Assembly (NCBI GenBank): GCA_041891055.1
Contig: CP169074.1
Coordinates: 1,184,001 to 1,248,000, forward strand
Reading direction: 5' to 3'
DNA from: Halorutilales archaeon Cl-col2-1
GTDB lineage: Archaea > Halobacteriota > Halobacteria > Halobacteriales > Afararchaeaceae
Length of the DNA: 64,000 nt
Numbering within the stretch: position 1 is the first letter of the stretch; every line of letters starts with the position of its first letter. The position numbers and the translations under genes were made by a program. The notes under the pieces are model-generated. The model was not told the DNA's origin. It searched no databases and worked only from the letters and a program-made list of their open reading frames with translations. Shown in pieces: positions 45,677 to 53,593 of the stretch.

Positions 45677-46174
45677 TCATATCTGTACCATCCTATCACT
45701 CGGACAGCTTTCGAACGACGGATCCGAGACGACACCTGTACATCCTGACGGATCGCCGTTCTGGTAAAACTTTACACGGACTCCATCGGCTCCTGGATTT
45801 ACTTCGGCTGTGACGGTGTACTTAATCCCGTAGTTGTCCCTACAGCTTTCAGTGCCAATAATGTTAGTTGTGTTGACGTTTACAGAGTAGACGCCGTCGC
45901 CTGTTTTCGATATGCCAGATACCAATGCCGCTTCCGAACCGTTTTTCCAGACGATATCAGTCTTGTTAGCCATAACTGTGTGATTCGGTGTCCCGGAGAG
46001 GTAACTCGGATACGACAGAGACAGATTCGACTCACAACCGGCGTCGATTTGTGTGACATCGACCGAAGATACCGACGCTGTCTCATCACTGCCCGTACCC
46101 AGACTTAATCCGACGCCGACGGCTACGATCAGTCCTATGCTTAGAACGCCGAGAAGCTTTCGGCTAATATTCAT
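45677..46174 (-). CDS. Membrane-anchored exported protein with four Cys
   Basis: N-terminal hydrophobic helix, beta-rich Ser/Thr-rich body. Confidence 0.65.
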   Translation of the reverse strand: MNISRKLLGVLSIGLIVAVGVGLSLGTGSDETASVSSVDVTQIDAGCESNLSLSYPSYLSGTPNHTVMANKTDIVWKNGSEAALVSGISKTGDGVYSVNVNTTNIIGTESCRDNYGIKYTVTAEVNPGADGVRVKFYQNGDPSGCTGVVSDPSFESCPSDRMVQI

Positions 46175-46235
46175 CGTCTGGTTTACGTAGATTCATGCTT
46201 TACTGTCTTCACTCATTGAGCAGTAGCTTCCACCA

Positions 46236-46370
46236 TTACTGCTTAATGATAGGGCTAGAAGTCTCGGCAGAACCTACCGTTACCATCGGCGTAGCTAATG
46301 CACCCGACGCTACTCCCGTTTTTCTCAGAAAGCTCCTCCGTCCCATACTATTCTCGTTTTCTTCGAACAT
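46236..46370 (-). pseudogene. Truncated TAT-precursor gene (44 aa; not in the ORF track)
   Basis: Hand translation MFEENENSMGRRSFLRKTGVASGALATPMVTVGSAETSSPIIKQ*; directly downstream of the duplicated promoter. Confidence 0.65.
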
Positions 46371-46380
46371 ACAGTTCCAC

Positions 46381-46526
46381 AGTAACACTCCGTTTATTTA
46401 TAATTTCGGTCTAGAATATGTTTCAAATTATTAGATATTTCTACAGTATGAAATCTTCTCACTATATGAAATGATTCCGCTCAACGAAGCTGTTTGACTG
46501 AGTGAAAGCTGTCTCAAAATGTGAAA
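46381..46526 (-). repeat. 146-bp direct repeat copy 1 (promoter region)
   Basis: About 92% identical by hand alignment to 47910-48055; contains TTATAAA on the minus strand. Confidence 0.92.
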
Positions 46527-46715
46527 TAGATATTCATACTGAAGAAAAGTCATAAACTCTTCGGATTTATGAGTATATGTAAGTCTTGAACCACACTCAT
46601 CCCAAAATCGCTGATTTTGAGGGCTCGTAAATCTCCAATTTGTAAAGATCAACCAAAGATTAATGAATAGATAAGGTCTCAGATCTTTCAGTAGCAACGG
46701 TGAATGTATCTCCCT

Positions 46716-47063
46716 CTATGAAACATTTTCTAGTGAAAGTTTGGATAAAATCCCCGCAACACCAACTCCAACAATAAATGATACTCCCATAGAAACTGAG
46801 TGATTTACCATCTGACTCGGTATAAAAGCTGAAAAAATCATTAGTAAGAATTCGATCACACGCCTAGTACGTGACTTATGAAAGTCAAAATACCCATATA
46901 ATAATATTATAAGATAGCCATATAAAATCCCAAAAGCCAAACCTAAAATAGAAATACCAACCTCTTCAACAAAAAGCAGAATTAGTCCGGTTATAAGTGT
47001 AATTAAACCTACATATAGACCCAACCGTTGTGTGAATTCTTCAGTTAGTTTCATTACACACAA
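46716..47063 (-). CDS. 4-TM small membrane protein, immunity-like
   Basis: Very hydrophobic 115 aa, 6 nt downstream of the TAT precursor, AT-rich. Confidence 0.7.
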   Translation of the reverse strand: MCVMKLTEEFTQRLGLYVGLITLITGLILLFVEEVGISILGLAFGILYGYLIILLYGYFDFHKSRTRRVIEFLLMIFSAFIPSQMVNHSVSMGVSFIVGVGVAGILSKLSLENVS

Positions 47064-47069
47064 TAGAGA

Positions 47070-47906
47070 CTATAAGACAATAAAATCGGGATCCTTTCCT
47101 GCATGATCATTTACTGATGCGACAGGCATAGTTTCCGAAGCATCAGCCAAGTATTTATTCGATATTACTGTACTGTACATAGGTGTGTTAGTTATTGGGG
47201 TATCAAAGTCCTTTGCTCCGACAGTAAAATCCTTATCCGTGTATAAGGATAGTACTGTTCCAGCTATAATTGAGATTACAGTTCCTATTCCCCCACCTAA
47301 GAAATAACCAATCAATCCCGCGAGAGTATTTTTTGATAAAGTATCGATAGACTGTGTTAGTTCAATAGCATCTCCTGCGTAGAAATGGTTGTAATCTGAA
47401 TAATATGCACATGATCCTATGGTTTTGGAAAAACTCTCATGTCTTCTAACCAGTGTTGAGTAGTCATAGCTGGCTAACTGGAGATGAGGACTGGGGTTAA
47501 AATCCATGAGGGTAAAATCGTTTTGCCAGCTTTTGCTACTGGCGGGATTGGGTTCATTGTTATCTTTTCTCTTATTACTCTGTCCCTCTCTTCTAGGATT
47601 GCCATTTTTAGATCCCAGCTTAACATGATCTATTCTGCCTTTTCTCTGCCCTTTCTTGAATTCCTTAAACAAATGAAACACATCATTTACTCCCACGCGG
47701 GCTATACGTACTGATTGGTTATCTACTAAAATCTTCCTTTTAACATCCATCCCTTCATCGCTACTTGCCCGACTCATCTTCTTCCTATTTGGGAGACCTG
47801 TCAAAGGGACTGTCGCAATACCTAAGCTCTTCAGAAACTCACGTCTGTTTGAGCCGATTTTATCTTTTTCCTTGTCTTCTTTCTCTGCCATGTCTGATAC
47901 CACCAT
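47070..47906 (-). CDS. TAT-exported protein, halocin-like precursor candidate
   Basis: NRREFLK TAT motif, Lys/Arg-rich pro-region, C-terminal Gly-rich hydrophobic segment LAGLIGYFLGGGIGTVISIIAGTVLSL. Confidence 0.7.
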   Translation of the reverse strand: MVVSDMAEKEDKEKDKIGSNRREFLKSLGIATVPLTGLPNRKKMSRASSDEGMDVKRKILVDNQSVRIARVGVNDVFHLFKEFKKGQRKGRIDHVKLGSKNGNPRREGQSNKRKDNNEPNPASSKSWQNDFTLMDFNPSPHLQLASYDYSTLVRRHESFSKTIGSCAYYSDYNHFYAGDAIELTQSIDTLSKNTLAGLIGYFLGGGIGTVISIIAGTVLSLYTDKDFTVGAKDFDTPITNTPMYSTVISNKYLADASETMPVASVNDHAGKDPDFIVL

Positions 47907-47909
47907 AAT

Positions 47910-48055
47910 AGTAATACTCCGTTTATTTATAATTTCGGTCTAGAATATGTTTCAAATTATTAGGTATTTTCACAGAATGAAACTCTTCCACCATATGAAA
48001 TGATTCCGCTCAACGAAGCTGTTTGACTGAGTGAAAGCTGTCTCAAAATGTGAAA
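47910..48055 (-). repeat. 146-bp direct repeat copy 2 (promoter region)
   Basis: Matches 46381-46526; fills the whole intergenic space upstream of the precursor gene. Confidence 0.92.
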
Positions 48056-48062
48056 CAGTCGA

Positions 48063-48824
48063 CTACGGGTACTTAGCCTCCGACTCTGCGAAGTATGACT
48101 CGAATCTCTCACGTCCCCATTCAGTAGCCTCTTCCGAGGTATTTTCGACGAGTGCAACCAGACTGCTGTGGCTGTAGGCTCCAATGAGAAGCTTTTCGTC
48201 GGTGAGTACGAGACCATGGGGTATACTTCCGTCGTACGCGCGGAGTTCGAAGTCTCCTGTCTCAACTGTCTCCGAAAGCTTATCGGGGTACTCATCTTCG
48301 AGTACTCGCACTAAAGGATTCTCCAAGACTATCTCCGCCTGCATGCCTTCAGTTATACGTCTGTGGAAGACCGTGACATAAGTTGGAGTTACGACAGGGG
48401 AGAAGCCGCGAACGTATGACGCTTCCTCAACGGATTCTATGAGACGTTTTACCGGATAATGTGGTCTTCCGTCTTTCGGAGTGTAGACAGTCGATCCCGA
48501 GAGTCTACTGAGTTCGTCGACAGTCTCTCCCACGTGTTCAAGAAAGGGTTCGAGTTCTTCGACTGTCTTTATATGGTGTGTGAACTCAGACAGCCCATCG
48601 AGAACAGCCTCGCCTTTCGGAGTGAGTCCGAAAGCATCGTCATCTCTGCGTACGAGATTACGGTTTCTCAGAAACTTCATCTTACGGTGGAGAGTCGACC
48701 TCGATCCATCGACGTGATCCTCCAGATCATCCATCTGGTCTTTTCCCTGTCTAATTCCGTCGAGAATTTCTGCGGAGTCGAAGAGTCCATGAAGGTAGTC
48801 GATATCGATGTCCCGACCAGACAT
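48063..48824 (-). CDS. Winged-helix transcriptional regulator (haloarchaeal DUF1724-like family)
   Basis: SRSTLHRKMKFL...FGLTPKG wHTH plus C-terminal sensor-like domain ending EEATEWGRERFESY. Confidence 0.82.
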   Translation of the reverse strand: MSGRDIDIDYLHGLFDSAEILDGIRQGKDQMDDLEDHVDGSRSTLHRKMKFLRNRNLVRRDDDAFGLTPKGEAVLDGLSEFTHHIKTVEELEPFLEHVGETVDELSRLSGSTVYTPKDGRPHYPVKRLIESVEEASYVRGFSPVVTPTYVTVFHRRITEGMQAEIVLENPLVRVLEDEYPDKLSETVETGDFELRAYDGSIPHGLVLTDEKLLIGAYSHSSLVALVENTSEEATEWGRERFESYFAESEAKYP

Positions 48825-48917
48825 GGCTACGGTTCACAAAGAGGATACTAAGCATTTCTGGTTGGGTTAGAAAGCGAGATAGAGGTAACGAAAATTAGGA
48901 ACGCAGAAACTCTAACG

Positions 48918-50021
48918 TTAACGTATTACGTCGACGTTCGCGGAGTTCTTCTTCACCGAGTCGTCTCCGCCGTCACTCGTCGACGTCGTCTTGCTCGCGC
49001 TCGTCATCTCGGATCCGAGTACCTGCGAGCTCTGGACTCCGGTCATTATAGCCATCACACGTACCTTCGAGTCGTAGTCCTCCTGTATACGTGCTCCCCA
49101 GATGACGTTCGCCGACGACCCGAGACGCTCTGTGATGTTCTGTGCGATCCCCTCAGCCTCTCCGAGAGTGAGGTCGGGTCCTCCCGTGATATGGACGAGG
49201 CTGCCCGAGGCTCCGCGGTAGTCGACGTCTAAGAGCGGATGGTTGAGAGCGTCCTCGACGACTGCGTCTATCTTGTTCTTGTCCTGTGTCTCGCCGACGA
49301 GCATCACCGCGACTCCGCCCTGGTTCATGATAGTCGTCATGTCGGCGTAGTCGAGGTTGATGAGGCTCGGCTGTGTGATGGTCTCCGAGATCCCCTTGAC
49401 CGTCTCGGCGATTATCTGATCCATCACAGAGAACGCCTTGCTTATCGGAAGGTTGGGGACGTAGTCGAGGAGCCTGTTGTTGTCGAGGACGATTATCGAG
49501 TCCGCCTCCTTCCTCAGGTTTTCGAGTCCCTGCTTAGCCTTAGACGTCCTCGCGCGTTCGACGTCGAACGGCGTACTCACCATTCCGAGGACGATAGCGC
49601 CCTGATCCTTAGCTATCTTAGAGACGACGGGTGCGGCACCCGTACCTGTTCCGCCACCCATTCCCGCGGTGACGAAACACAGGTCGGCGTCCTCAAGTAT
49701 GTCCTTGAGAGTGCCACGCGCCATCTCAGTAGCGCGCTCACCCATCGAGGGGTCGCCTCCCGCACCGAGTCCGTTGGTGAGTGACTTGCCGACGAGTATC
49801 TTTGTGTCGGCTTCGATCATCTGAAGATGCTGTTTATCGGTGTTGATGGCGATTGTCTCAGCCCCCTCGGCACCGATATTATACAGGCGGTTTACAGTGT
49901 TGTTGCCCGCACCCCCACATCCGACGACCACTATGTTGGGGTCGCCGAAGTCCTCGGCGTTCTGCTTCATCTCCTTTTCCTTCTCGTCGTTTTCAAGAGC
50001 CTCTTGTACTATGTCTTCCAT
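48918..50021 (-). CDS. ftsZ2: Cell division protein FtsZ2
   Basis: [23 protein letters not shown]; downstream of cdrS. Confidence 0.95.
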   Translation of the reverse strand: MEDIVQEALENDEKEKEMKQNAEDFGDPNIVVVGCGGAGNNTVNRLYNIGAEGAETIAINTDKQHLQMIEADTKILVGKSLTNGLGAGGDPSMGERATEMARGTLKDILEDADLCFVTAGMGGGTGTGAAPVVSKIAKDQGAIVLGMVSTPFDVERARTSKAKQGLENLRKEADSIIVLDNNRLLDYVPNLPISKAFSVMDQIIAETVKGISETITQPSLINLDYADMTTIMNQGGVAVMLVGETQDKNKIDAVVEDALNHPLLDVDYRGASGSLVHITGGPDLTLGEAEGIAQNITERLGSSANVIWGARIQEDYDSKVRVMAIMTGVQSSQVLGSEMTSASKTTSTSDGGDDSVKKNSANVDVIR

Positions 50022-50024
50022 GTC

Positions 50025-50192
50025 TTACACTCTCGCAAGTCTTCTGTCGTCGGAGTCGGTGTCTCTGTCCGTAACCATGTTCCGTACGGCGGCTCTGATA
50101 GCCTCGCTCCTATTGGGGAACTCCCCCTTGTCAACCAGGTCTTCGACAGCATCTATCTGCTGTTCGGGTATTCTTAGTGTAACTCGTTCCAT
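50025..50192 (-). CDS. cdrS: Ribbon-helix-helix cell-division regulator CdrS
   Basis: MERVTLRIP...[15 protein letters not shown]; immediately upstream of ftsZ2. Confidence 0.92.
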   Translation of the reverse strand: MERVTLRIPEQQIDAVEDLVDKGEFPNRSEAIRAAVRNMVTDRDTDSDDRRLARV

Positions 50193-50287
50193 TTTTGCCC
50201 TCCTCCCTCTGTCTCTGGGAGACTTCCGGTTTTCTGAGGATCCTTCTGTCGTTTCAAGCGTGTGACCGGATCCACTGTCACACACTT

Positions 50288-50304
50288 GTAAGACGATGTC
50301 TTAC
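50288..50304. promoter_or_regulatory. Palindrome GTAAGAC-gat-GTCTTAC upstream of cdrS
   Basis: Perfect 7-bp inverted repeat; extra GTCTTAC half-sites at 50022 and 50360. Confidence 0.6.
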
Positions 50305-50362
50305 GAATTACCCTTATTGACTAATCCCATATAAAGTTTTCCCGGGACTCAGAAAATTTGTC

Positions 50363-50839
50363 TTACTTGCTCTCGGGAGATTGAGCGGGAGAAGTGCGTC
50401 GACCGCAAGACGGGCAGAACCTCCAGTCGCTCCGCACCTCGTCACCACATTCACAGAACACGCGTGAGACCTTCGTACCACAGTTAGGACAGTAGACAGA
50501 GTCGTCGTCGAGAGATTCACCGCACTGACTGCACGACGACACCGCGTCTATGTCAGACAGTCGGTCAGACTGAGCGCGAGACTTCGACTCTGGATTCGAT
50601 CCCGCTTGAGGGGTGAATGCGTCGGATTCACTGAGTTTTTCGTCTATTATCTCCTCTATCCTCTGAGATATCAGACTGTCGAGCGACTCAGAAGTATTAC
50701 GTGTCTCACGCGGACGTGAACACGAGTCGAGGTAGTCGCGGAGAGCGCGTCTCATTATTTCCGAGCGCGACTCGTCGATACGGTCGACCCTCTCTATGAG
50801 GTCGTCGCTGACACGGAAAGTTATCTTACTGTCTCTCAT
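50363..50839 (-). CDS. cdrL: RHH + double zinc ribbon regulator CdrL
   Basis: KITFRVSDDL...SRSEIMRRALRDYL plus CSQC..CPNC..CEC..CPSC. Confidence 0.88.
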   Translation of the reverse strand: MRDSKITFRVSDDLIERVDRIDESRSEIMRRALRDYLDSCSRPRETRNTSESLDSLISQRIEEIIDEKLSESDAFTPQAGSNPESKSRAQSDRLSDIDAVSSCSQCGESLDDDSVYCPNCGTKVSRVFCECGDEVRSDWRFCPSCGRRTSPAQSPESK

Positions 50840-51263
50840 CGTCTAACACCCACGAAGGTTTCTTACGTGACATCTCGCCTATCTCATTGGAGAGCCTCAC
50901 AGCTTCCTCCTCTAAGACATCGGAGACTATCTCCGAGAGGGGAGTCTCAAAAGCCTTTGTGTACCTCTCGTAGAAGTCGTAGACCCTGGGGTCGATCTCG
51001 AACTCGACCTTCATCCGTTTTCCGTCAGCTGCCTTACCCTCGTCGTCTTCGAGTTTATCGTAGATATTCCCGAGACGTGGATATATCTCGTCTTCGAGCT
51101 TCTGTTCGACGACTTCCTCGACTGTCTCGGCTTCGGCATCCGTGTCGTTCTCGATACCGAGATGTGACTTGAGAGCCTGTCTTACGACCTCACTCCTGAC
51201 GTCACCCTCTGAGTCGACCTCTTCGAGGAGGTCGTCGTCGACACGGACGTTGATACGACCCAT
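50826..51263 (-). CDS. Additional ribbon-helix-helix protein
   Basis: RINVRVDDDLL...RSEVVRQALKSHL, and a second RHH-like segment KVEFEIDPRVY...LSEIVSDVLEE. Confidence 0.75.
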   Translation of the reverse strand: MGRINVRVDDDLLEEVDSEGDVRSEVVRQALKSHLGIENDTDAEAETVEEVVEQKLEDEIYPRLGNIYDKLEDDEGKAADGKRMKVEFEIDPRVYDFYERYTKAFETPLSEIVSDVLEEEAVRLSNEIGEMSRKKPSWVLDDERQ

Positions 51264-51318
51264 TACGAGATTCTAGTAATAGTAGACATATAAATCTATC
51301 CCGAGTGTCATACATACG

Positions 51319-52044
51319 TCATCCGCGGCTGAGACCTCTCTCGGATACCTCGGTGTTGAGCTCGTCACGAACCATCTCACCCGTCTCATAGTCGTTCGCG
51401 GTCGTTACAATCCGGTTCTCCTGTACGGAAGAGCCGTCACGTATCAGTAGACGTAGGTTGCCGTTGGTGTCAGACCGCGTGACCTTCGCCCCGAATCCGC
51501 CGCTAGAGTTGCTCCCCGCGGCGTTTATAGGACCCGGGACGAGTTTCTTGACATTGGGATGGCGTGTCACAGCCTTCACGGCTTCGAGACCCTTTGACTC
51601 GCCTATAAGAGTCGTGTGGCTCCCGCCTATCTTCTCGTTGGGTGGCTTGTCGACGACCTGGAGTCCCGCGGTGTCTTCGTCGAGAACAGACTCGACCGAC
51701 TCATCTCCACGTATACGTTCGACAGTATGGTGGAGCCGTGTGCGTATCTCGTCGAGAACTTCCCTCGACCCGCGCGCGTAGACCTCGTCGACTCGTTTGC
51801 GTCTTACCTCATCGACGACAAGACCCGCGTAGTTACGTATCTCCCTCCTTTCCTCGTCGGGGTCGTCATCCTCGGGTACCGTGGTAACGGTCGTCTCACC
51901 GACGATCTCAGAGCCGTATGACACAGTAATACGCGTCCGTTCGCGTCCAACCTCTAAGAAGACGGTGTCGGCGTTCGGGGTGCGGCAGACGAGACAGTAG
52001 TCGCCGGGTTTCTCGATAGACGTGCCGCACCTTCTGCAGTCCAT
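51319..52044 (-). CDS. DUF2103 domain protein with N-terminal zinc ribbon
   Basis: CRRC...DYCLVC, KIGGSHTTLIG, KKLVPGPI. Confidence 0.82.
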   Translation of the reverse strand: MDCRRCGTSIEKPGDYCLVCRTPNADTVFLEVGRERTRITVSYGSEIVGETTVTTVPEDDDPDEERREIRNYAGLVVDEVRRKRVDEVYARGSREVLDEIRTRLHHTVERIRGDESVESVLDEDTAGLQVVDKPPNEKIGGSHTTLIGESKGLEAVKAVTRHPNVKKLVPGPINAAGSNSSGGFGAKVTRSDTNGNLRLLIRDGSSVQENRIVTTANDYETGEMVRDELNTEVSERGLSRG

Positions 52045-52167
52045 ATACAGTGTTTCTTCTGGTTCCTATTACACGTGTCGGTCAGACGGATTCGTGAGTA
52101 TGACAGACAAGCCGGACGTTCTTAGCAAGAGTTAAGTCTTTACCCCATCTACGGAATGATGTAGTCA

Positions 52168-52241
52168 CCCGCCCTAGCTCAGTCTGGTAGAGCGGTCGAC
52201 TGTAGATCGACTGGTCCTCCGTTCAAATCGGAGGGGCGGGA
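52168..52241 (+). tRNA. tRNA-Tyr(GTA)
   Basis: CCCGCCC/GGGCGGG acceptor (archaeal C1-G72), GTCGA-CTGTAGA-TCGAC, GTTCAAATC. Confidence 0.95.
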
Positions 52242-52281
52242 TTCCCTCCCCGATATGAACAGGGAGCGAACTAGCGACCGT

Positions 52282-52305
52282 GTTCAAATCGGAGGGGCGG
52301 GATTC
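52282..52305 (+). repeat. 24-bp direct duplication of the tRNA-Tyr 3' end
   Basis: GTTCAAATCGGAGGGGCGGGATTC identical to 52221-52244. Confidence 0.9.
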
Positions 52306-52389
52306 GATCCCGGTCTGACAGTTAAGATCGGGATGAATTGAGAGGAAAAGCAAGACTTATACGGTGTCTTGTAAAACGTATATGTGTAA

Positions 52390-52462
52390 GCCCGAATGGT
52401 GTAGTGGCCCATCATACAACCCTGTCACGGTTGTGACGCGGGTTCAAATCCCGCTTCGGGCG
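52390..52462 (+). tRNA. tRNA-Asp(GTC)
   Basis: GCCCGAA/TTCGGGC acceptor, CAACC-CTGTCAC-GGTTG, GGTTCAAATCC, G73. Confidence 0.95.
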
Positions 52463-52516
52463 TACTTCGTTTACTTTAACTCCCGATAAGACATTCCCCC
52501 TTAGTCACTACGTTTC

Positions 52517-52942
52517 CTACACGTCACGGAACCTCGGCGCTCCGAGAGGAACTGTTATAACTGGAACCGGAGACATGTCGACGAGCTTGTGTGCAGTTGT
52601 CTCGGTGTCTCCACCTCTCTTGTGGCTTACACGTGTATGGCCCATCAGGATCAGGTCATAGTCATCCGCCTCGTCTGCGATGTAGCCTGCGACGTCTTCG
52701 TACTCTACGGGCTCGTCCCTCAGCTCCGTCGTAACATTGACACCTGACTCGCGTAGGCTCGAAGCGAAGCTCTCGAACGACTGTCTGTGCTCCTCGACGT
52801 CCGACTTGCCCTCGTCCTGGAGTGTCAGAGACAGGAGATGGACGTCTGCATCGAATCCCGAGGCTATCGCCTCTCCGTGTCGTCGTACATCGCTCTGGTC
52901 GAGGAGGTAGAAGCTCACGGGGAAGAGTATGTCGTCGTACAT
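52517..52942 (-). CDS. Universal stress protein
   Basis: MYDDILFPV...VHLL...DLILMG...PVITVP. Confidence 0.82.
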   Translation of the reverse strand: MYDDILFPVSFYLLDQSDVRRHGEAIASGFDADVHLLSLTLQDEGKSDVEEHRQSFESFASSLRESGVNVTTELRDEPVEYEDVAGYIADEADDYDLILMGHTRVSHKRGGDTETTAHKLVDMSPVPVITVPLGAPRFRDV

Positions 52943-52979
52943 GGCGAAGCATAAGAACCGGGGTGTCTTTTATCTTTGT

Positions 52980-53585
52980 GTGGTAACAGACAGGAGGAGT
53001 CTTGAGATCGCTCTGGAGGAGATTGAGGGATTCGAGGAGCCGTCCCCGAATCTCGAACAGTACGCGACCCCCTCCGACTTAGCGAGTCACGTCTTACATT
53101 TCGCGTACATGCAGGGAGACATAGAGGGCGAACGTGTCGTAGACCTCGGCTGTGGCACGGGTGTCCTATCGGTCGGCGCGGCTCTCTTGGGCGGCGATGT
53201 AGTTGGAGTCGACATCGACACCGCCGCTGTCGGGAGGGCGAGACAGAACGCCGCCGCTGTGGGAGTCTCCGACCTGACCGACTGGGTAAACGCCGAGGTC
53301 GGCGATGTCTGTCTCCGCCTCGAAGACGTGACCGTGGTTATGAACCCGCCGTTCGGAGCACAGAAACACGGCGCTGACAGACCCTTCCTCGAAAAGGCAA
53401 CAGAGATTGGAGACGTCATATACAGTATACACAACGAGGGAAGCCGTGACTTCGTCGAGGGGTTCTTGGGAGACAGAGGAGAGATCACACACGGCTTCGC
53501 GGCGAAGCTTCGGCTGCCACGTCAGTTCGAGTTCCACACACGCGAAAGCCACGAGATAGACGTCGAGGTCTACCGCATAGGATAG
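52980..53585 (+). CDS. METTL5-family N6-adenine methyltransferase
   Basis: LEQYATP, DLGCGTG, MNPPFG, YSIH; GTG start inferred. Confidence 0.9.
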   Translation: MVTDRRSLEIALEEIEGFEEPSPNLEQYATPSDLASHVLHFAYMQGDIEGERVVDLGCGTGVLSVGAALLGGDVVGVDIDTAAVGRARQNAAAVGVSDLTDWVNAEVGDVCLRLEDVTVVMNPPFGAQKHGADRPFLEKATEIGDVIYSIHNEGSRDFVEGFLGDRGEITHGFAAKLRLPRQFEFHTRESHEIDVEVYRIG

Positions 53586-53593
53586 AACAGATG

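Noticed and set aside
46431-46697. ORFs 46431-46697 and 47960-48295 sharing FHILRQLSLSQTASLSGIISY
   Set aside because: The shared peptide is just translation through the 146-bp promoter repeat; no coding evidence.
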